Origin: Ostrea edulis
Lineage: Eukaryota
Assembly: GCF_947568905.1 (NCBI RefSeq)
Contig: NC_079169.1
Location: forward strand, 47,120,001 to 47,184,000
Direction of reading: 5' to 3'
DNA length: 64,000 nucleotides
A program made the position numbers and the translations under genes. Positions within the stretch are counted from its first letter, which is position 1, and each line of letters opens with the position of its first letter. The notes beneath the pieces were generated by a model. That model searched no databases. It was not told the DNA's origin and saw only the letters and a program-made list of their open reading frames with translations. Below are positions 31,978 to 45,700 of this stretch, in pieces.

Positions 31978-33297
31978 AACGGTTCCAGCATTAGGTAACA
32001 TTAAGTTAGGTAAGAAACATTAGTTATTATGATTCTCTTTCATAAATGCTTCTTTCAACTTCAAAAGAAGGGAAGAGTTTTTAACGTGACCTTGTTTCGT
32101 TTAATATAGAATATAACTTGGCAAGTTCTTGCTCCGCAAATCTTAATATTTTAAAAATATTTCATAATAATAGAAAAGTAGTATACATATATATATTAAA
32201 AAGATTAAAAAGTTTTCCAGTAATCTTGTAAGTTTACTTCAGTAGATCTCGTCACTATTTATAATATAGGTACTGTTTGAACAGGTTCTATTTGGCTAAG
32301 TTGACAGTACTTACGTGTATCCATGCATCATCTACTTTTAGACAGTAAAACTGTGGTTTGACTTCTTGCCAATGGGGATCCCAATTTTCATTGATACCCA
32401 TCGTTCGGTTAACGTTCTTGGGTCTGTAATTAACTTACAAAATGTTAGTATCTAAACACAGTATCTGTAATTAACTCCATGTCTTTTTGCGTAAATCGCA
32501 TGATCATGTTATTACTGCATACTGGTGGTTCAGAAACCACACGACTTCTATTTATCTAACTGTCAAATAAATTTGTTCATATTTTAAAAATCTAAATACC
32601 CTATAGATCTGGAGAATCGATAATGAATTAGATATTATTATTTACCATTTAAGTAAATCAACAGGAGCTAAAACATATTTAAAAGTTTCAAATTCAGCCA
32701 CCCGAAAATACCAACTAATTGTTTGGTGACGTGTTAAACATCCATAAATCACATCAACTTTTACATTCTGCAGAAAGCTGACAGGGTTTGAATGTTAAAA
32801 AATGCACTTTTTCTTTTCAAATAAAATTCAAATAGAAATTTGTTAGCACCTTCGAACTGAGGTGCTCTGCGAACTACTTATTATGGTTAAAAGTCAATTG
32901 TAGCCTCAATCATTACGGTTTTTAAAGAATGTTGATGATCCGTGGGCTCTAACAATGAATGTTTACCCCATGCAGAAGCATATACAGATTTTGTTCGTAC
33001 GCGAATTAGATTCTACAGGAATTAATACAACAGTTTATTATTACATTTAGTTCTTGTTTAATACTTATGTATTCCTAGGGACAATTTGTTACTTTTAAGT
33101 TCAAAATACTTTGAGATGAGGTAGAGTTAATTCTCTTTGGCTGTCTCAGGTGGCAGCTAAAACAAAACAGGTAACATTTTCTTCTAGCGTGTTTTACGCC
33201 AAAAAGTATATCGCATTCTGTTGATATGGTTTGAAAATGTATGCCTTATTTGCGGAGATCACTTGATTGCTTTCACGGCCCATCGTCGAATCGCAAT

Positions 33298-33514
33298 CAG
33301 GCCTGGAGGTTATAAAACGTTTTTGAGCACGTTTTCATGCTCTAAATCGTACTCACACTCAAAAGTGAAGGCTATAAAATTTTATAAATTCATTCTCACA
33401 CTCAAATGGAGTACATGCTCAAGATTTTTCGAAGGTTGCTCAGAGTTGTACTCAAAACAAACATGGCTGAGTTTGAGTATGAGTACGGTAAGCGTTTTAT
33501 AACCTCCGGGTCTG
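33298..33514. mobile_element. MITE with 22-bp TIRs
   Basis: caggcctggaggttataaaacg ... cgttttataacctccgggtctg (2 mismatches); internal gagtac/gtactc subrepeats. Confidence 0.85.
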
Positions 33515-33722
33515 AAAAGCTTTTGGAACGGAGAGTTCCTAGTAAACATGTACTTTAGTTGAGATATTTTAAAAAGCGTTTTCAATTTTGAAGTACACTG
33601 TAATGCTATGATAGTATAGTGCCAAAAACCTCTCCTGACTGCAGGAAATTTCTTTTAATGAGAATTATATCTTCAAAGGCAAAGTTGGAACAGTCTCGGT
33701 CCGTAGACACGTTCTGTCGGGT

Positions 33723-33750
33723 CCCCCCCCCCCCCCCCCCCCCCCCCCCC
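33723..33750. repeat. poly-C tract (28 nt)
   Basis: Direct reading. Confidence 0.95.
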
Positions 33751-35058
33751 GCACTATCAATTTTTCCCATATGTATTCTCAAGATTGATTTGATCAATTT
33801 TTATAACGTTTTGGCTATATAAAGAATCATTTTTGGTCTTTTTCTTTACATTCAATCAGTACCATCATATGTTGGTAACGCAGTGATAATTAAAGGATGC
33901 TATATATAGATGTAATAGTGTTCATGACATGATGAATCCAAAGTCGTTAAGGCAATGTCAAGGACACTGGGGAAACAACTGGCGTAGCTCTAGACAGTCA
34001 CGATCACACTTGGACACAAATATTGCTTATATAACTTGTAGGTATTTCAAATCTATTTAAGGTTATTAAACCAGCACCAAGGTCATTAGGAGAATAAAGA
34101 CTTCAGTCTTGTTCATGCCATCCTTACAGCAAAGATAGACAATATGACGAAAAGGTTGCTTATAGAACGACGTTGAGCGATGTATAAATTACTAGATAAA
34201 AGGTTTAAGACTTGTCTAAATCACAGTTTTGGAGCAGAAATCTTTTAGATATTCACACTGGACACAAAGATTGCCTGCTACATGTACTTCCTGTGGTACG
34301 TCCTGATCCTAATCCAAGGTCAGGTGGGGTACTGCAAGGTAACTAAATATCTCGGAAATATCGAAGCTTTGTATTTGCAGTGTTGAAAGATGCTCGTTTT
34401 CTTGATGACCTTAAAATATGACATGACCCTGACCCAACGTCATTTTATTAAGGTCATTGGTATTCGACTTTTCTTCTGACCATTATTTCTCGGATGTTCT
34501 TACATTTAAATACAAATCAATATGAGTATGTCCCACGCGGTTATTAGCCTGTTAGTTAAAGTCAGATTAGACATGATTGTTAAAGAGTTTTCGTCAAACA
34601 TTATTCGGGTTTAAGTGTCGTTGAATGATACTTTTAAACTGTGTCTTTCTTCCAGTATAAGACAATATTAACAGTTTTGTTAAGGATTTCCGTAAGTTCA
34701 TAGTATATTTACATACATGTCATTACACTCAAAATCATATAACGAGTGTTTTATTATCAGCAAACAATGAGAATCACTTTGTCTGAAAGAAAGAGATGTC
34801 TTCTGAATAAGTACACCAATGGTAAACGGAAAACACAGACGTTCCCAAAATGAGAGAAAATAATAACGTTATGCAGATGTATTATCATTCACATAGAAAC
34901 GAGGGTCAAATTTAGTGTCTCCAAGTTCGCAATCCAACAATCGAGTATTTCATAGCATATTTACATAATTATTTGTACTAGGTAGTAGGGCATCCCCTCT
35001 TACCAGCTGATTTTCCTAAGTGCCTTATGTCGTCATCACTCTAGTGCTTTTTACGCAC

Positions 35059-35200
35059 TTTGGTCATCACCGGTGTGAGTGAGTCGTTATAATCAGATGA
35101 CGTATTTGGTCATCACAGGTGTGAGGGAGTCGTTATAATCAGATGACGTCTTTGGTCATCACAGGTGTGAGGGAGTCGGTATAATCAGATGACGTCTTGG
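35059..35200. repeat. 46-bp tandem repeat, 3 copies
   Basis: tttggtcatcac(c/a)ggtgtgag(t/g)gagtcgttataatcagatgacgt at 35059, 35105 and 35151. Confidence 0.95.
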
Positions 35201-36050
35201 ACTTCCGTATAATTCTTCAATTGTTATGACACATGAAGTTGGTGCATTTCTGACAGAGTATCGGGTATTATCATCTTTAGTGTAAATACCGTCTATGAGT
35301 TCGATATCAATTCTACTTCAGTAGTTATGATGGTCCAGATTTCTAGTGACTTGATATGGACTCCCACTGCTTAGGGTTGAAGATGCGTTTTAATATTTTC
35401 AGTGGCTTGTTTGTTTTTTGCAGATACTCTGAAAGCTTTTTACCCTTTGACCGCTGAGGTATTGAAGCCTTGCTGTTCTGGGGGGGTTTTTTGTTTGTTT
35501 TTTTGAATTGTTAATATGTCAGTAAAATCAAATTACAAATTTTTGCCTAGGCTTTACACAATCAAACTTTGTTGGGAAGAACTGCGTTCTTCAAGATGAA
35601 CAAACGAAATATATCCCATACAAACAGAACGGAGAAATAAATTGGCTGTTGTTGCAGTACAAATAGCATGTATATTCTACCGATATTTCTTATACAGGTT
35701 TATACATTTATCTATGAATATTCAATCATGCTCTCGTTTTTATACATGTATAAGATCTTGTTTGTCCTGTCCCTCCCTCTCTACGTTTGTAAGCTCATGT
35801 TGCTTCTCCGGAGGCCCACACTGGATTGATGATTCTTTTATCGTAGTATTTTAAATAGTCATATACAGTGTACCTACTGTTATACTAAATATATACGCGT
35901 GTTAGATTTTGTGGTGAATTTTGTCATCTGCATTTTACATTCTGTATGTGTGGCATACAATAACGATAGAAAGGACTGGTAAGAAAGAGAAGAATATGAA
36001 AGTTCCGTTGTAGACATTTAGAGATTATGCACGACTGTCGTGGAGAAAAG

Positions 36051-36143
36051 AGATCAAAGCTGATGAAGTTATAATACTGTAGTATAAGGTACAGGTAAGA
36101 TCAAAGCTGATGAAGTTATATTACTGTAGTATAAGGTACAGGT
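36051..36143. repeat. 47-bp tandem duplication
   Basis: agatcaaagctgatgaagttata.tactgtagtataaggtacaggt at 36051 and 36098. Confidence 0.93.
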
Positions 36144-36202
36144 TCCTTCTAAAGCCAATGAGTTCTCTCCTACTATTGTCGCGAGGCATAGCAAAAATCG
36201 TT

Positions 36203-36800
36203 CTAATAATTCTACAATGCTTGGTTATCGTCCTAGTAATTATTCAATGCTTGGTTATCGTCCTAGTAATTATTCAATGCTTGGTTGTCGTCCTAGTAAT
36301 TCTACAATGCTTGGTTATCGTCCTAGTAATTATTCAATGCTTGATTGTCGTCCTAGTAATTATTCAATGCTTGGTTGTCGTCCTAGTAATTATTCAATGC
36401 TTGGTTACCGTCCTAGTAATTATTCAATGCTTGGTTATCGTCCTAGTAATTATTCAATGCTTGGTTGTCGTCCTAATAATTCTACAATGCTTGGTTGTCG
36501 TCCTAGTAATTATTCAATGCTTGGTTGTCGTCCTAGTAATTATTCAATGCTTGGTTACCGTCCTAGTAATTATTCAATGCTTGGTTATCGTCCTAGTAAT
36601 TATTCAATGCTTGGTTGTCGTCCTAATAATTCTACAATGCTTGGTTGTCGTCCTAGTAATTATTCAATGCTTGGTTGTCGTCCTAGTAATTATTCAATGC
36701 TTGGTTGTCGTCCTAGTAATTCTACAATGCTTGGTTGTCGTCCTAGTAATTATTCAATGCTTGGTTGTCGTCCTAGTAATTCTACAATGCTTGGTTGTCG
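36203..36800. repeat. 30-bp minisatellite, about 19-20 copies
   Basis: Unit atgcttggtt(g/a)(t/c)cgtcctagtaat(tattca/tctaca); it produces the two repetitive ORFs in the track. Confidence 0.97.
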
Positions 36801-37810
36801 AGCGGCTGCTAGACGAGTAACATTCAGTACAACGAATACTGGTGTAACCAAGAAGTCCTATTAATAGCCAGGAGATCGATAAAACAACCTTCTCGTTACA
36901 GCCGTGGATTGCCGATAGACAGAGTCGTAGTCGTAGGTTTTAGCCAGACCAGTTGGAGAAGGTGCGCAGGAATGTTAAACATCGGTAGAATTGTCTTAGT
37001 TTTACCATGTGACTATAGTGAGAAATTACTACAATGCTAAAGTTCATAGGTGACCCAAACTTTGTAGGTCCGTCGTAATACAATAGTAGAGTATATTGCA
37101 TGTCATACCTAAGAAATGGACATGACGTAGAAAAATAACGAGGTAGGTGAAAAGATTTGAACCTGTTCAAAACTTTACAACAAGTATCTACACTAGAACA
37201 CACCTGAATATTACGCGATCGTTCTAGGAGTTTTCCCATGTTTGTTATAGTAAACCTCTTGTAGAACGTATATGATATAGGATAACTATTGTTTTATTCT
37301 TAGTGACTTTATTAAGTCCACAACTTTAATCACATCGCATCCAAACGAGTCTGTTGGATGAGAACGCTGAGTGTCTAGGATCTGACCCTTTAATTACATG
37401 TAACTGGCGCAGAAAATATCGCCAAAACACTTAAAACCCGTGACACATACATAGCACAAAACACCTACGTCAAACAAGGTAAGGACATTCTTAGGATAGT
37501 CGTGGGTATGTCGTGCGATTTAGGGATGTCTCGTGAAAGAGTGTGTTGTTTTAGATCCTAGTCGTAGAGTTGTGAGCATGTTCAAATTTAAAAATCAGTG
37601 TCATTGGTAATTCTCCGTGTCAGACCCATTTCGAACGGCCGCCCTGCGATGACGTTTGATTATGATGCAATAAATTTACAATTTAGTATGACTTTGAGGT
37701 TCTTAGAATGAAGGAATTTCCCACGGTAAACCCGCGACAGTTTTTCAATGTACGTTCCATCGGCGACTATTGTCGGTTTATAATTCTATCTCACGACATT
37801 CGCGCGACTG

Positions 37811-38113
37811 CGTTATTATAACGTATTATATAACGATCTAGTTTGCCAATACAACCTGTCATTGAGTCAAATGTTGTCTGACGTGTTCATACCAATTGTT
37901 AGGCACTGATTCTGACTACGGATTACTCCGTTTACCTGATCAAGATTTAAGGCCCACGGTGGGTGTGACCGGTCGACAGGGGATTCTTACTACTCCTAAG
38001 CACCTGATCCCACCTTTGGTATATGCAAGGGTCCGTGTTTGCCAAACTCTTAATTTTGTATTCCTTACAGGAGTTATGAGATTAATCACTATTCGTTATC
38101 TTCACCTTTTCAT
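37811..38113 (+). mobile_element. Penelope-like element 3' end
   Basis: YNDLVCQYNLSLSQMLSDVF then the conserved UTR; aligns with 28066-28342. Confidence 0.8.
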
Positions 38114-41100
38114 ACTAGAGTCCAAATACCTCTGCCGTAGATTTTGAACGTGCGATTCTTGTCTGGCAGTCGTGCGACAAATTAGCATCGCAATTCTTTC
38201 ACGCGACGATTATGTTTTTAATGACAATCATAGGGACCTCATCATTTATCCAACAGTTGTACAACAACCATCTAATATACATGTATTTAATATGTAGCTA
38301 TTGTACGTAGCTTTGTTATTTCCCTCTCCATTATGTCGTAACCACACTTCTATCGTTCGATAAAAATGTGATACAGGCTCTATAACCTGGTGTGTGCACA
38401 ACCATCTAAATCTGGTGTTGTAGACGCTTTATGACATAACTATTGGGAAAAAAAACTAAGTCACAGCGATCTTTTGGATCCCAAAACTCAGAGATTGTGG
38501 ACATTTTACACCTGGTACAATTGCTAGTACTAAGTGAATTGCACTGAAACGATATAGCAGTGGTACTTTGTGATGGGATCTTAATCTTGATGAATAATGT
38601 CATTCAAAAATGTTTAAATATTCTCGAGATTTTTCTATAAAGGTGCAGATCATATTTTGCCATACTGTACGATGCAATATTACTAGTAACATTCCTACGT
38701 GTAGTGAGACTGCCCACGTGTAATGTGGGATGCAATCTTTCGAAATCAATTGTTTGTTTTCAAGAGGATTTGAGGACAGTGGGATGGTTATATTATAAGG
38801 TTCTGATTAATCCTAATTTTAACTTTATTTGAGGGGGTGTTTCTATCGGGAAAAGCACATTGGAAATTCATGAATAATGACCGAATGATATTATATAGAG
38901 TTATCTTGAACATGGAGGAAAATGGAAGGTGTTTCTTCCAATAGATATATTGTTTTCAGACAGCAAATTCAGTAGTATAATTGTGTATTAAAAGATGTAG
39001 TCCCAGTATATTAAGCGCTGTCCCTTTTGCGGACATCCATTGTCTAATATGTATGTGGTCAGCAGAGTAAATGTTAATCAGTTATTTTAGATAATTATGT
39101 CAAAACACATATTTGTCCGTATGTCGAAAATCCCACTCGTTTAACTTTGCTACAAGTGTTGGTTTCCGTATGATATTATTGTACAAATCCACTTCAACAT
39201 CCGATAGGTTTTCTATTGAATTAGTGTGATTTACCACCAGAAGCCCTATGGGATACAGTTACTGACTTCCTTACTCGATTCTCACAGCCTCTGTGAAGAT
39301 TTAATTCAGAAACTTAAACACAGTACCCAGGTGCAAAAGAAACCTGATACCTCAACATTCTTCCAGCTGCAAATCACCCCATTATCATCGATTCCAAATC
39401 TTCATTATAGCTTAACTCTTGGACCGTTACTCGGTGCAAAGTGTCAAAATTAGATTGTAATCACTATACCCAAATCTTGTAGCATTTGAAGCTTTTGTTC
39501 TAACTTCTATGTTTACTAGCGAGATGTGGTCTCAGATAGATTTGATTTTGCTTATCACATTTCACGGTTTTCTAACTATTGATAATAGACGACAAATCGG
39601 CTTATCTTCACTTTGAGCCACAAATCTTATGAATTAAGTGACATCACGAAATTTTCTTTCGCTTAATCATTTTATTGCCATTAAAGAAGACTTTTTGTCA
39701 TAAAACCTTGGATTGAAAAATCCTGCCAATCTTTATACAAAATGTTGAATGATTATAATGATATTTTCCGTCGCTGTTTTCATTTCTTCCTCAATACAAA
39801 AAGTAATATGGTTAATTACAACTAACGTTTCCTTAAATAGAATGTGTACATATTTTCTATCTAAGTTTCACTGGTTGTAAAGAACCAGCGTTATGTTTCT
39901 ATTGTGTATCTTTCTTATTTCACTAATACCGAGAGATCGACACGGATCTAGTGCTTTATTCCAGGGTCATGGACATTAGAGTTTAGAGTTTTCATTGAGA
40001 AAATTGTCTCCGATTTGCAACATCTATTCCAAATAACTCGGTTTTGATCTTGCCATTCTGAATGTTCAAATCCAAAACCTAGCTTCAGCTCACGAAGCTA
40101 TCACTCTTTCCTCTGAACTCTCCAGAGTCCATCATATTTATTGCAATCTGTCCTTGACATACAAGTGGTAATATTATAAACATAATATTTGCATTACAAA
40201 CGTGCTTAGAAAAATAATTGATATAATGCAACGTTAGATTGTCAGTATGTGCAATGTTCACATCGTAGACGGTGGGTGGGTATTCAATTTTGCTTTGATC
40301 TGACAAAGTTAAAATGATATTAATGTAAGTATCTTCAAATTCAATCTAACTTAAATCCATTGATTAAAAGATGTACTCAGTTATATTTAAAGCGAAAGAA
40401 ACTGGGGGTGCAATTGACTTTCAACACACTGCGTGCGCTTTTGTAAAGCATAGGTTACGGTAACTTAAGGATAAACATACTGTACAGGTACGTGAAAGTA
40501 TTCCTTGGTTAAATCCGCTTATCAAAGTGATAGTAAGGTGGGGGTTTTTTTGCTAACAGCACTGGGGTATTTTCGTCTTCCTATGGGCACTTTCCTGGTT
40601 TTAGAGTCCTTCGCGTTCTAGTTTGAGGGATATTAACAAAAAATAGTCAAAACCTGTGACGTCAAACGCAAATTCGTCAGTCTTCTGCAAGATTGTCTAG
40701 AGATGTCCACCAAAGCAATAATTTATGCTTAGCTCCCTTTGTTGTAAATAGCAGTATTGGCCAATATCGCCAAATGCTAAAAAAAACAACAACAAAAAAA
40801 CCAGCCCACTAAATATAGCAAAAAAGGCCCATAAAGCAAGGAGACGTGCTGTACTCAGCATGTGAGTTGCTGCGCCATCCAAAAGTTGCACACGTTGTAT
40901 TGTCTGAGCTACTTTGTGCCCTGTGACTAGTCAGCCTGTTTAAACTCTAACTAGTCAATTTGTAGTTATTAGTCAATTTTCTGATTTAAGCCCAGTCACT
41001 TAATTGTTACACATGTATGTATGTCATTTTAATTTCTAGTCATTTGTTAGTTTTAATAAATGACAAATTCACACAATGGTATTTTTTCTTATTCCTTTCA

Positions 41101-41499
41101 TTTGTAATGTACAGCAAAAACAAGCTGCAAATAACCAGAATTGTTTTTCTTACATTCTTTGGACAAAATTGTGAATATAAAATGCTATATAAGAGTTTTC
41201 ATGACTTGGCGGTGATCCCTATTGTATTTAAGTCAAGATCAAGCCTCAGGACCATAAACTGAGAATAGACTGTAGTCAAAATTTTGATTACTTATACCTT
41301 AAGATTTATCTAGCGCGGATGTTAAATAAACTGCTGGTTTATAAATGCAAACATATACTAAAAAATTTATTTGTTTATGAAAATTATTCGAAATTTAGAC
41401 TCAAATCTATTCTAAGTTTCTGGTCCTGGGGCCAGGTCACGTGGCCTAACATGGTGACTATTTCTATCATTTGGACGATATTTTGAAATTTAAAAAATC

Positions 41500-42170
41500 C
41501 AAGTAACCAGCCGACATGTGGTAAGAAATGGAATCTGGGTGATATCTCAAATACATGCTTTCCGCAGCTGGTGACTGTGACATTTCAACCACTACGCGTG
41601 TGAAGATCGCTTGGAAGAAGTTCAAGGAGCTGCTACTAGTCCTGACATCACGCCAACTGTCGTACAAGACCCGTGGTCGAGTGTATAGCACTTATGTACG
41701 GAGCGCTATGCTCCATGCCAATAAGACCTGGGCACTGACCAAGCCAAATCTCCATCGCCTACAGCGCCATGACAAGACCATGATAAGACAGATCTGCAAC
41801 ATCAAGCCAGAAGATATGGCCACTGTAGCTTCAATTGAATTGCTGGGGTGGCTTAGTATTGAAGACCTCGATCTCATCTTAAGGGAAAGGAGACTCCGCT
41901 GGTATGGCCACGTTGTTAGATCTAGCAGTACAGTCAAGTGCGCTCTCAATATACAAGTTCATAGTAGGCGTAGAGTTAATCGGCCAATGCTATCATGGAG
42001 AGAGCTGACGGAGAAAGCTCGAAGAGAATGGAAGCGCTCTACTGCCGACCTTCATGACCGGAAAAATGGAGATCTGAGGTGAGATCTGCCATGCGTGCAG
42101 CCATCCAGATACCTGGAAGGGGGCCCACTAGTGTGGACAATACTCGTACATCTACACGTAAATAAAAAGG
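41500..42170 (+). mobile_element. 5'-truncated RTE-clade LINE (RT C-terminal region + 3' UTR)
   Basis: ORF 41555-42082: RVKIAWKKFKELLLVLTSRQLSYKTRGRVY...VRSAMLH...TW...LQRHD..MIRQIC...RERRLRWYGHV, the typical RTE C-terminal signature. Confidence 0.9.
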
Positions 42171-42585
42171 AACCGACAACAACTATTGAAGCTTTGCACT
42201 GAAATTTCACACATTTAATGTGATGAACCTGTTGGTTTAAGGAAACAAAAATGTACCACAAAACGATGTCCCTTCAGTTTTTAATCAAAGGTCATCATTA
42301 AACAAAATAAATACTCACTCATTGTTATACCCCTATAAAAGAGTTCCTATATAATTTCTTACGAGAGAAAAAGTCCAACATTTCAACTGTTCTTGCGACT
42401 GTTGAACTGGGAACTGTTAAAAACACGAAAAATGTAATTATCAATTAGGATATTGGGTATGTTTTCTTTTAAAGTAGTCAGGAGTGGATACGGTGATAAA
42501 TGTACGCAATCACAAAGTCAAGTTCAAATTCAACAAATCATGTACATCTATTAAAAACAACCAAAAAGGGAAGGTGTATAACAAA

Positions 42586-42699
42586 ACAGTTATTGACTGG
42601 GTCCTCGGACAACAGCTGTTTTGTTTTACTTTCGAACGGATCTGTTGCCCTCCGCCTACGGCTTTTGGCAACAGATCCGTTCTTGGGTCAAACAAAACA

Positions 42700-42730
<31 letters not shown>
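42586..42730. mobile_element. Palindromic (fold-back) MITE, 64-bp arms and 17-nt loop
   Basis: acagttattgactggg...caacagctgttttgttt...gaacggatctgttgcc / ggcaacagatccgttc...aaacaaaacagctgttg...cccagtcaataactgt. Confidence 0.9.
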
Positions 42731-42733
<3 letters not shown>

Positions 42734-45700
42734 ATGTTACCTGCTCATATAGGTAACGGTGATCTTTGAGTAAATGTCTAATAAAACAATGAAACTTTAC
42801 AAGAAGAGTGTATTTCCCATTTTCGAAAGACAATGAAAATAACTAAGTGGATATGGGGACTTCCTGACCGCTCGTTTATATTTTATGTATGCTTGGTTAA
42901 CTACTCTATAGAATTTAGATTTATCTATAATTTTCAAATTCCTTCAGTTTCAAATTTCATTGAAATTTAGTAAGTTAAGGGATGTGATTTATTTTTGGTG
43001 TACAGTGAGACACAGAAATCCGCTAAATTTATCGATGATGAGGATGGAACATACTATACCAGTCAGTTTTCTTCAATCTTAAAGGTGTAATTCTTATCAA
43101 TATCATATTGATTTCCTTAAAACTATCATTTAACAAATACAATATCGAACTAGCTGTTTAGTAGCGTTTGAAAACTGATTTGGCACCTTAACCATAAGCA
43201 CGCGAGGATTTTGTTAAAGTGTGAAGTAGTTATCTATTTCTTTTATGATTCAGAGATGTTTGAAGTAAGATTGTATGAGTCTTTCCTTTCACAGGAACAC
43301 ATTAGCAACCCAAGTGTTAAGATGGCGCATCCTATTATGTAAGGAACAGAGCAATAGATATAAGATATCCGAGACGATCATTTAAACGTAAGGGATATCT
43401 AGCGAATGTCATTTTGATGAAACTTGATACCACTTTTAGCTGTGATAAGATGTGCTAATTGAATTTACATTGTCCAACCCTTCCTCACTATCTCATTAAG
43501 GCTTTAATGAACGTTTAACTTCTTACGCCATGGCAATCAGTGGTGTTTATCTGTTACAAGCTTATCGAATATCGTTGATTATCGGAGGAGAGATTCGAAT
43601 TCATCGAAATTAAATGACTCGTGAATTGTTTTTATTTACTATCATGAAACTGAAGATGAGCTTTGAGTTGACAATAAATGTGATAACTAGAATGTTTATC
43701 TTTGTTTTCTTTCGGAACTTTCTTGTCGATGTCGTCTTCAATTATTTACATACTGACAGTACATAGTATCGATATCATTTCGCCCTTAAACATGTGATAG
43801 CTTTGATAGTTTACCTCTACTGTAATCTTTGAAAATCAAAATTTAAAAAAAGCGACAACTATACAATGCGTAATGTAAACCACTAACAAAGTGGAAGAAA
43901 TGGATTTGAAATCATATTGCTGACTTGTGATTCTAAATTAAATTTCAATTTATATTGATTATAAAAAGGTTTGTTGACCTTAATACCAGGCACTGTTTCA
44001 TAACTCAACGAAATATTTTTTCTATGTTTTGAATGGTATTGTTGTCGACGTCGCTACGTTTTTTCTTTCTGGATAGACTTAACTGACAGCATTACCCATC
44101 GTTTTATACTATTCCCAACTGCTGTTGCTTATCTGGGTCTTTAACTGTCTCTTGGTGTATTACATATTTAATGTGAACCGACTAAAGATAATATGTAAAC
44201 AAATTTTGATCAATTTATAGGCGAACCGTCTGCTCAGTATAATAAAACTACTAACCCTATGGCAAGCCATAAATCTTCAGTCCTGTTGCATGGAAGGCCA
44301 TCAGCAAACGTCTACTAATAATCCTTCACCAAAAATATTCATAACAAGGTCAGGGTATATTTAGTTGGTTGGATTCGCAATTAGTATCTGTGATACAAGA
44401 ATGGTATTTTCGAGTTAAAAGACGCATCTGTAGAGGAGATTTCAATTATGACCTTTCGAAAAATAAAATTCATATATTATGCAATAAAAAAGCCATTACA
44501 GTGAGCTTTGGGATATTATCCCTTAAATTATTATTATTTATACATTTATTTTTGCAATTAGTTGCCGTAATTATTTCGAATACATGCATATCTCTTTGAT
44601 TTTTGCAATGGACAGTAAATATTCTTTTACAAGAATATTGTACGGGAAATGCATTTCCTTCTTAATTGTTTCCACCTTATAATAGCCGGATGTATGTAAA
44701 TCGTCTGTGTTAGGAAAAATTCCGCTCTCTCTGTTATTTTGAGGTTTTTGGAATATTGTAGGACCAATTCTAGTGATTTTGGGAAAGTTGTGTAACGATT
44801 TCCTGGGTATTTCTGAAAGTATTTTAGATAGTTTTTAACTTATCAAACCACCTGAGTAATAGAAAACTCACTTGGAGTTACTATATTCATGGAAGTAATA
44901 TATGTATATTATTTTATCACCGTTTGAGTTATCTGTCTTCAGAGAGATGTTGCCTCCCTAACATTCGTGTTAATAATGTAACTTGGTCTATACTTAATGT
45001 CATGTACATCTGAACAGTTATGTTGTCCAGTGATATATGCTACTGAAAACACTTCTTAGTTCTATCTAGATGTGTACTAGTATATGGTTATATAAAACCA
45101 ATTCGTGATATCGACACCTCTACTAAAGCATCACTTTGTCACGATTTCTGGATTGATAGAATTCTTTATTAACTTTAAAGAAGAATAGTGGCCGTATTGT
45201 ACCGATAATCAAGGTTGGGGAAATGGTGGCGCCGTGAACTATCAATTCAAAGAATACAACAAATCAACGAAGAGAAATATTACTTGTCCTCAGCATATGT
45301 AACACGAAGAACGGAAAATAAAAGACTAATTCCAAAGTAATTTGAGTCACGGGAAAACAAAAAGACGAGTGATTTCCGCTCTGACTTTCTTCAAAAATTG
45401 ACAAGAATATCACTTAAATGATGAACCGCTCCTTCAAGATCTCGTAAATTTTGCCATCTAATGAAAATCAAGCCTTGCTGTAGGACAGACCCGTCTAACG
45501 TTTAATTCATACAGGTACGCCAAATGAAAGACGCCGTTCGCACCTGAAATGTAAAAATAGTTAACGAGGAGCATTTTTCTAACATGTACGTTTTCAGAGG
45601 AATCATGCGTCGCTGGCAACTCTCATGAACTTAGTGCATCTTCATTTTTTCCATTATTACTTTACATCAATACTTGCAAATCGCAGTAACTCGGGTATTA

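Larger units (their letters stand above)
34600..40299 (-). pseudogene. Possible decayed coding DNA of unknown origin, interrupted by repeats
   Basis: Long minus-strand stretches with sparse stops (e.g. SKIEYPPTVYDV...GEFRGKSDSFVS*S*VLDLNIQNGKIKTELFGIDVANRR; NLSDVEVDLYNNIIRKPTLVAKLNEWDFRHTDKYVF*); no family recognised. Confidence 0.25.

Noticed and set aside
36051-36143. Tandem hammerhead ribozymes (CTGATGA followed by an agt..act hairpin, twice)
   Set aside because: The required GAAA after stem II is GTAG, and no stems I/III or NUH site could be formed.
36110-36864. Bona fide membrane or mucin-like CDS
   Set aside because: Both ORFs are explained entirely by a 30-bp repeat, with no splice or domain context. 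Kept only as a low-confidence finding.
37896-38147. ORFs of the type ...GILTTPKHLIPPLVY... (also 27033-27272 and 61951-62163)
   Set aside because: Spurious translations of the Penelope-like 3' UTR repeat.
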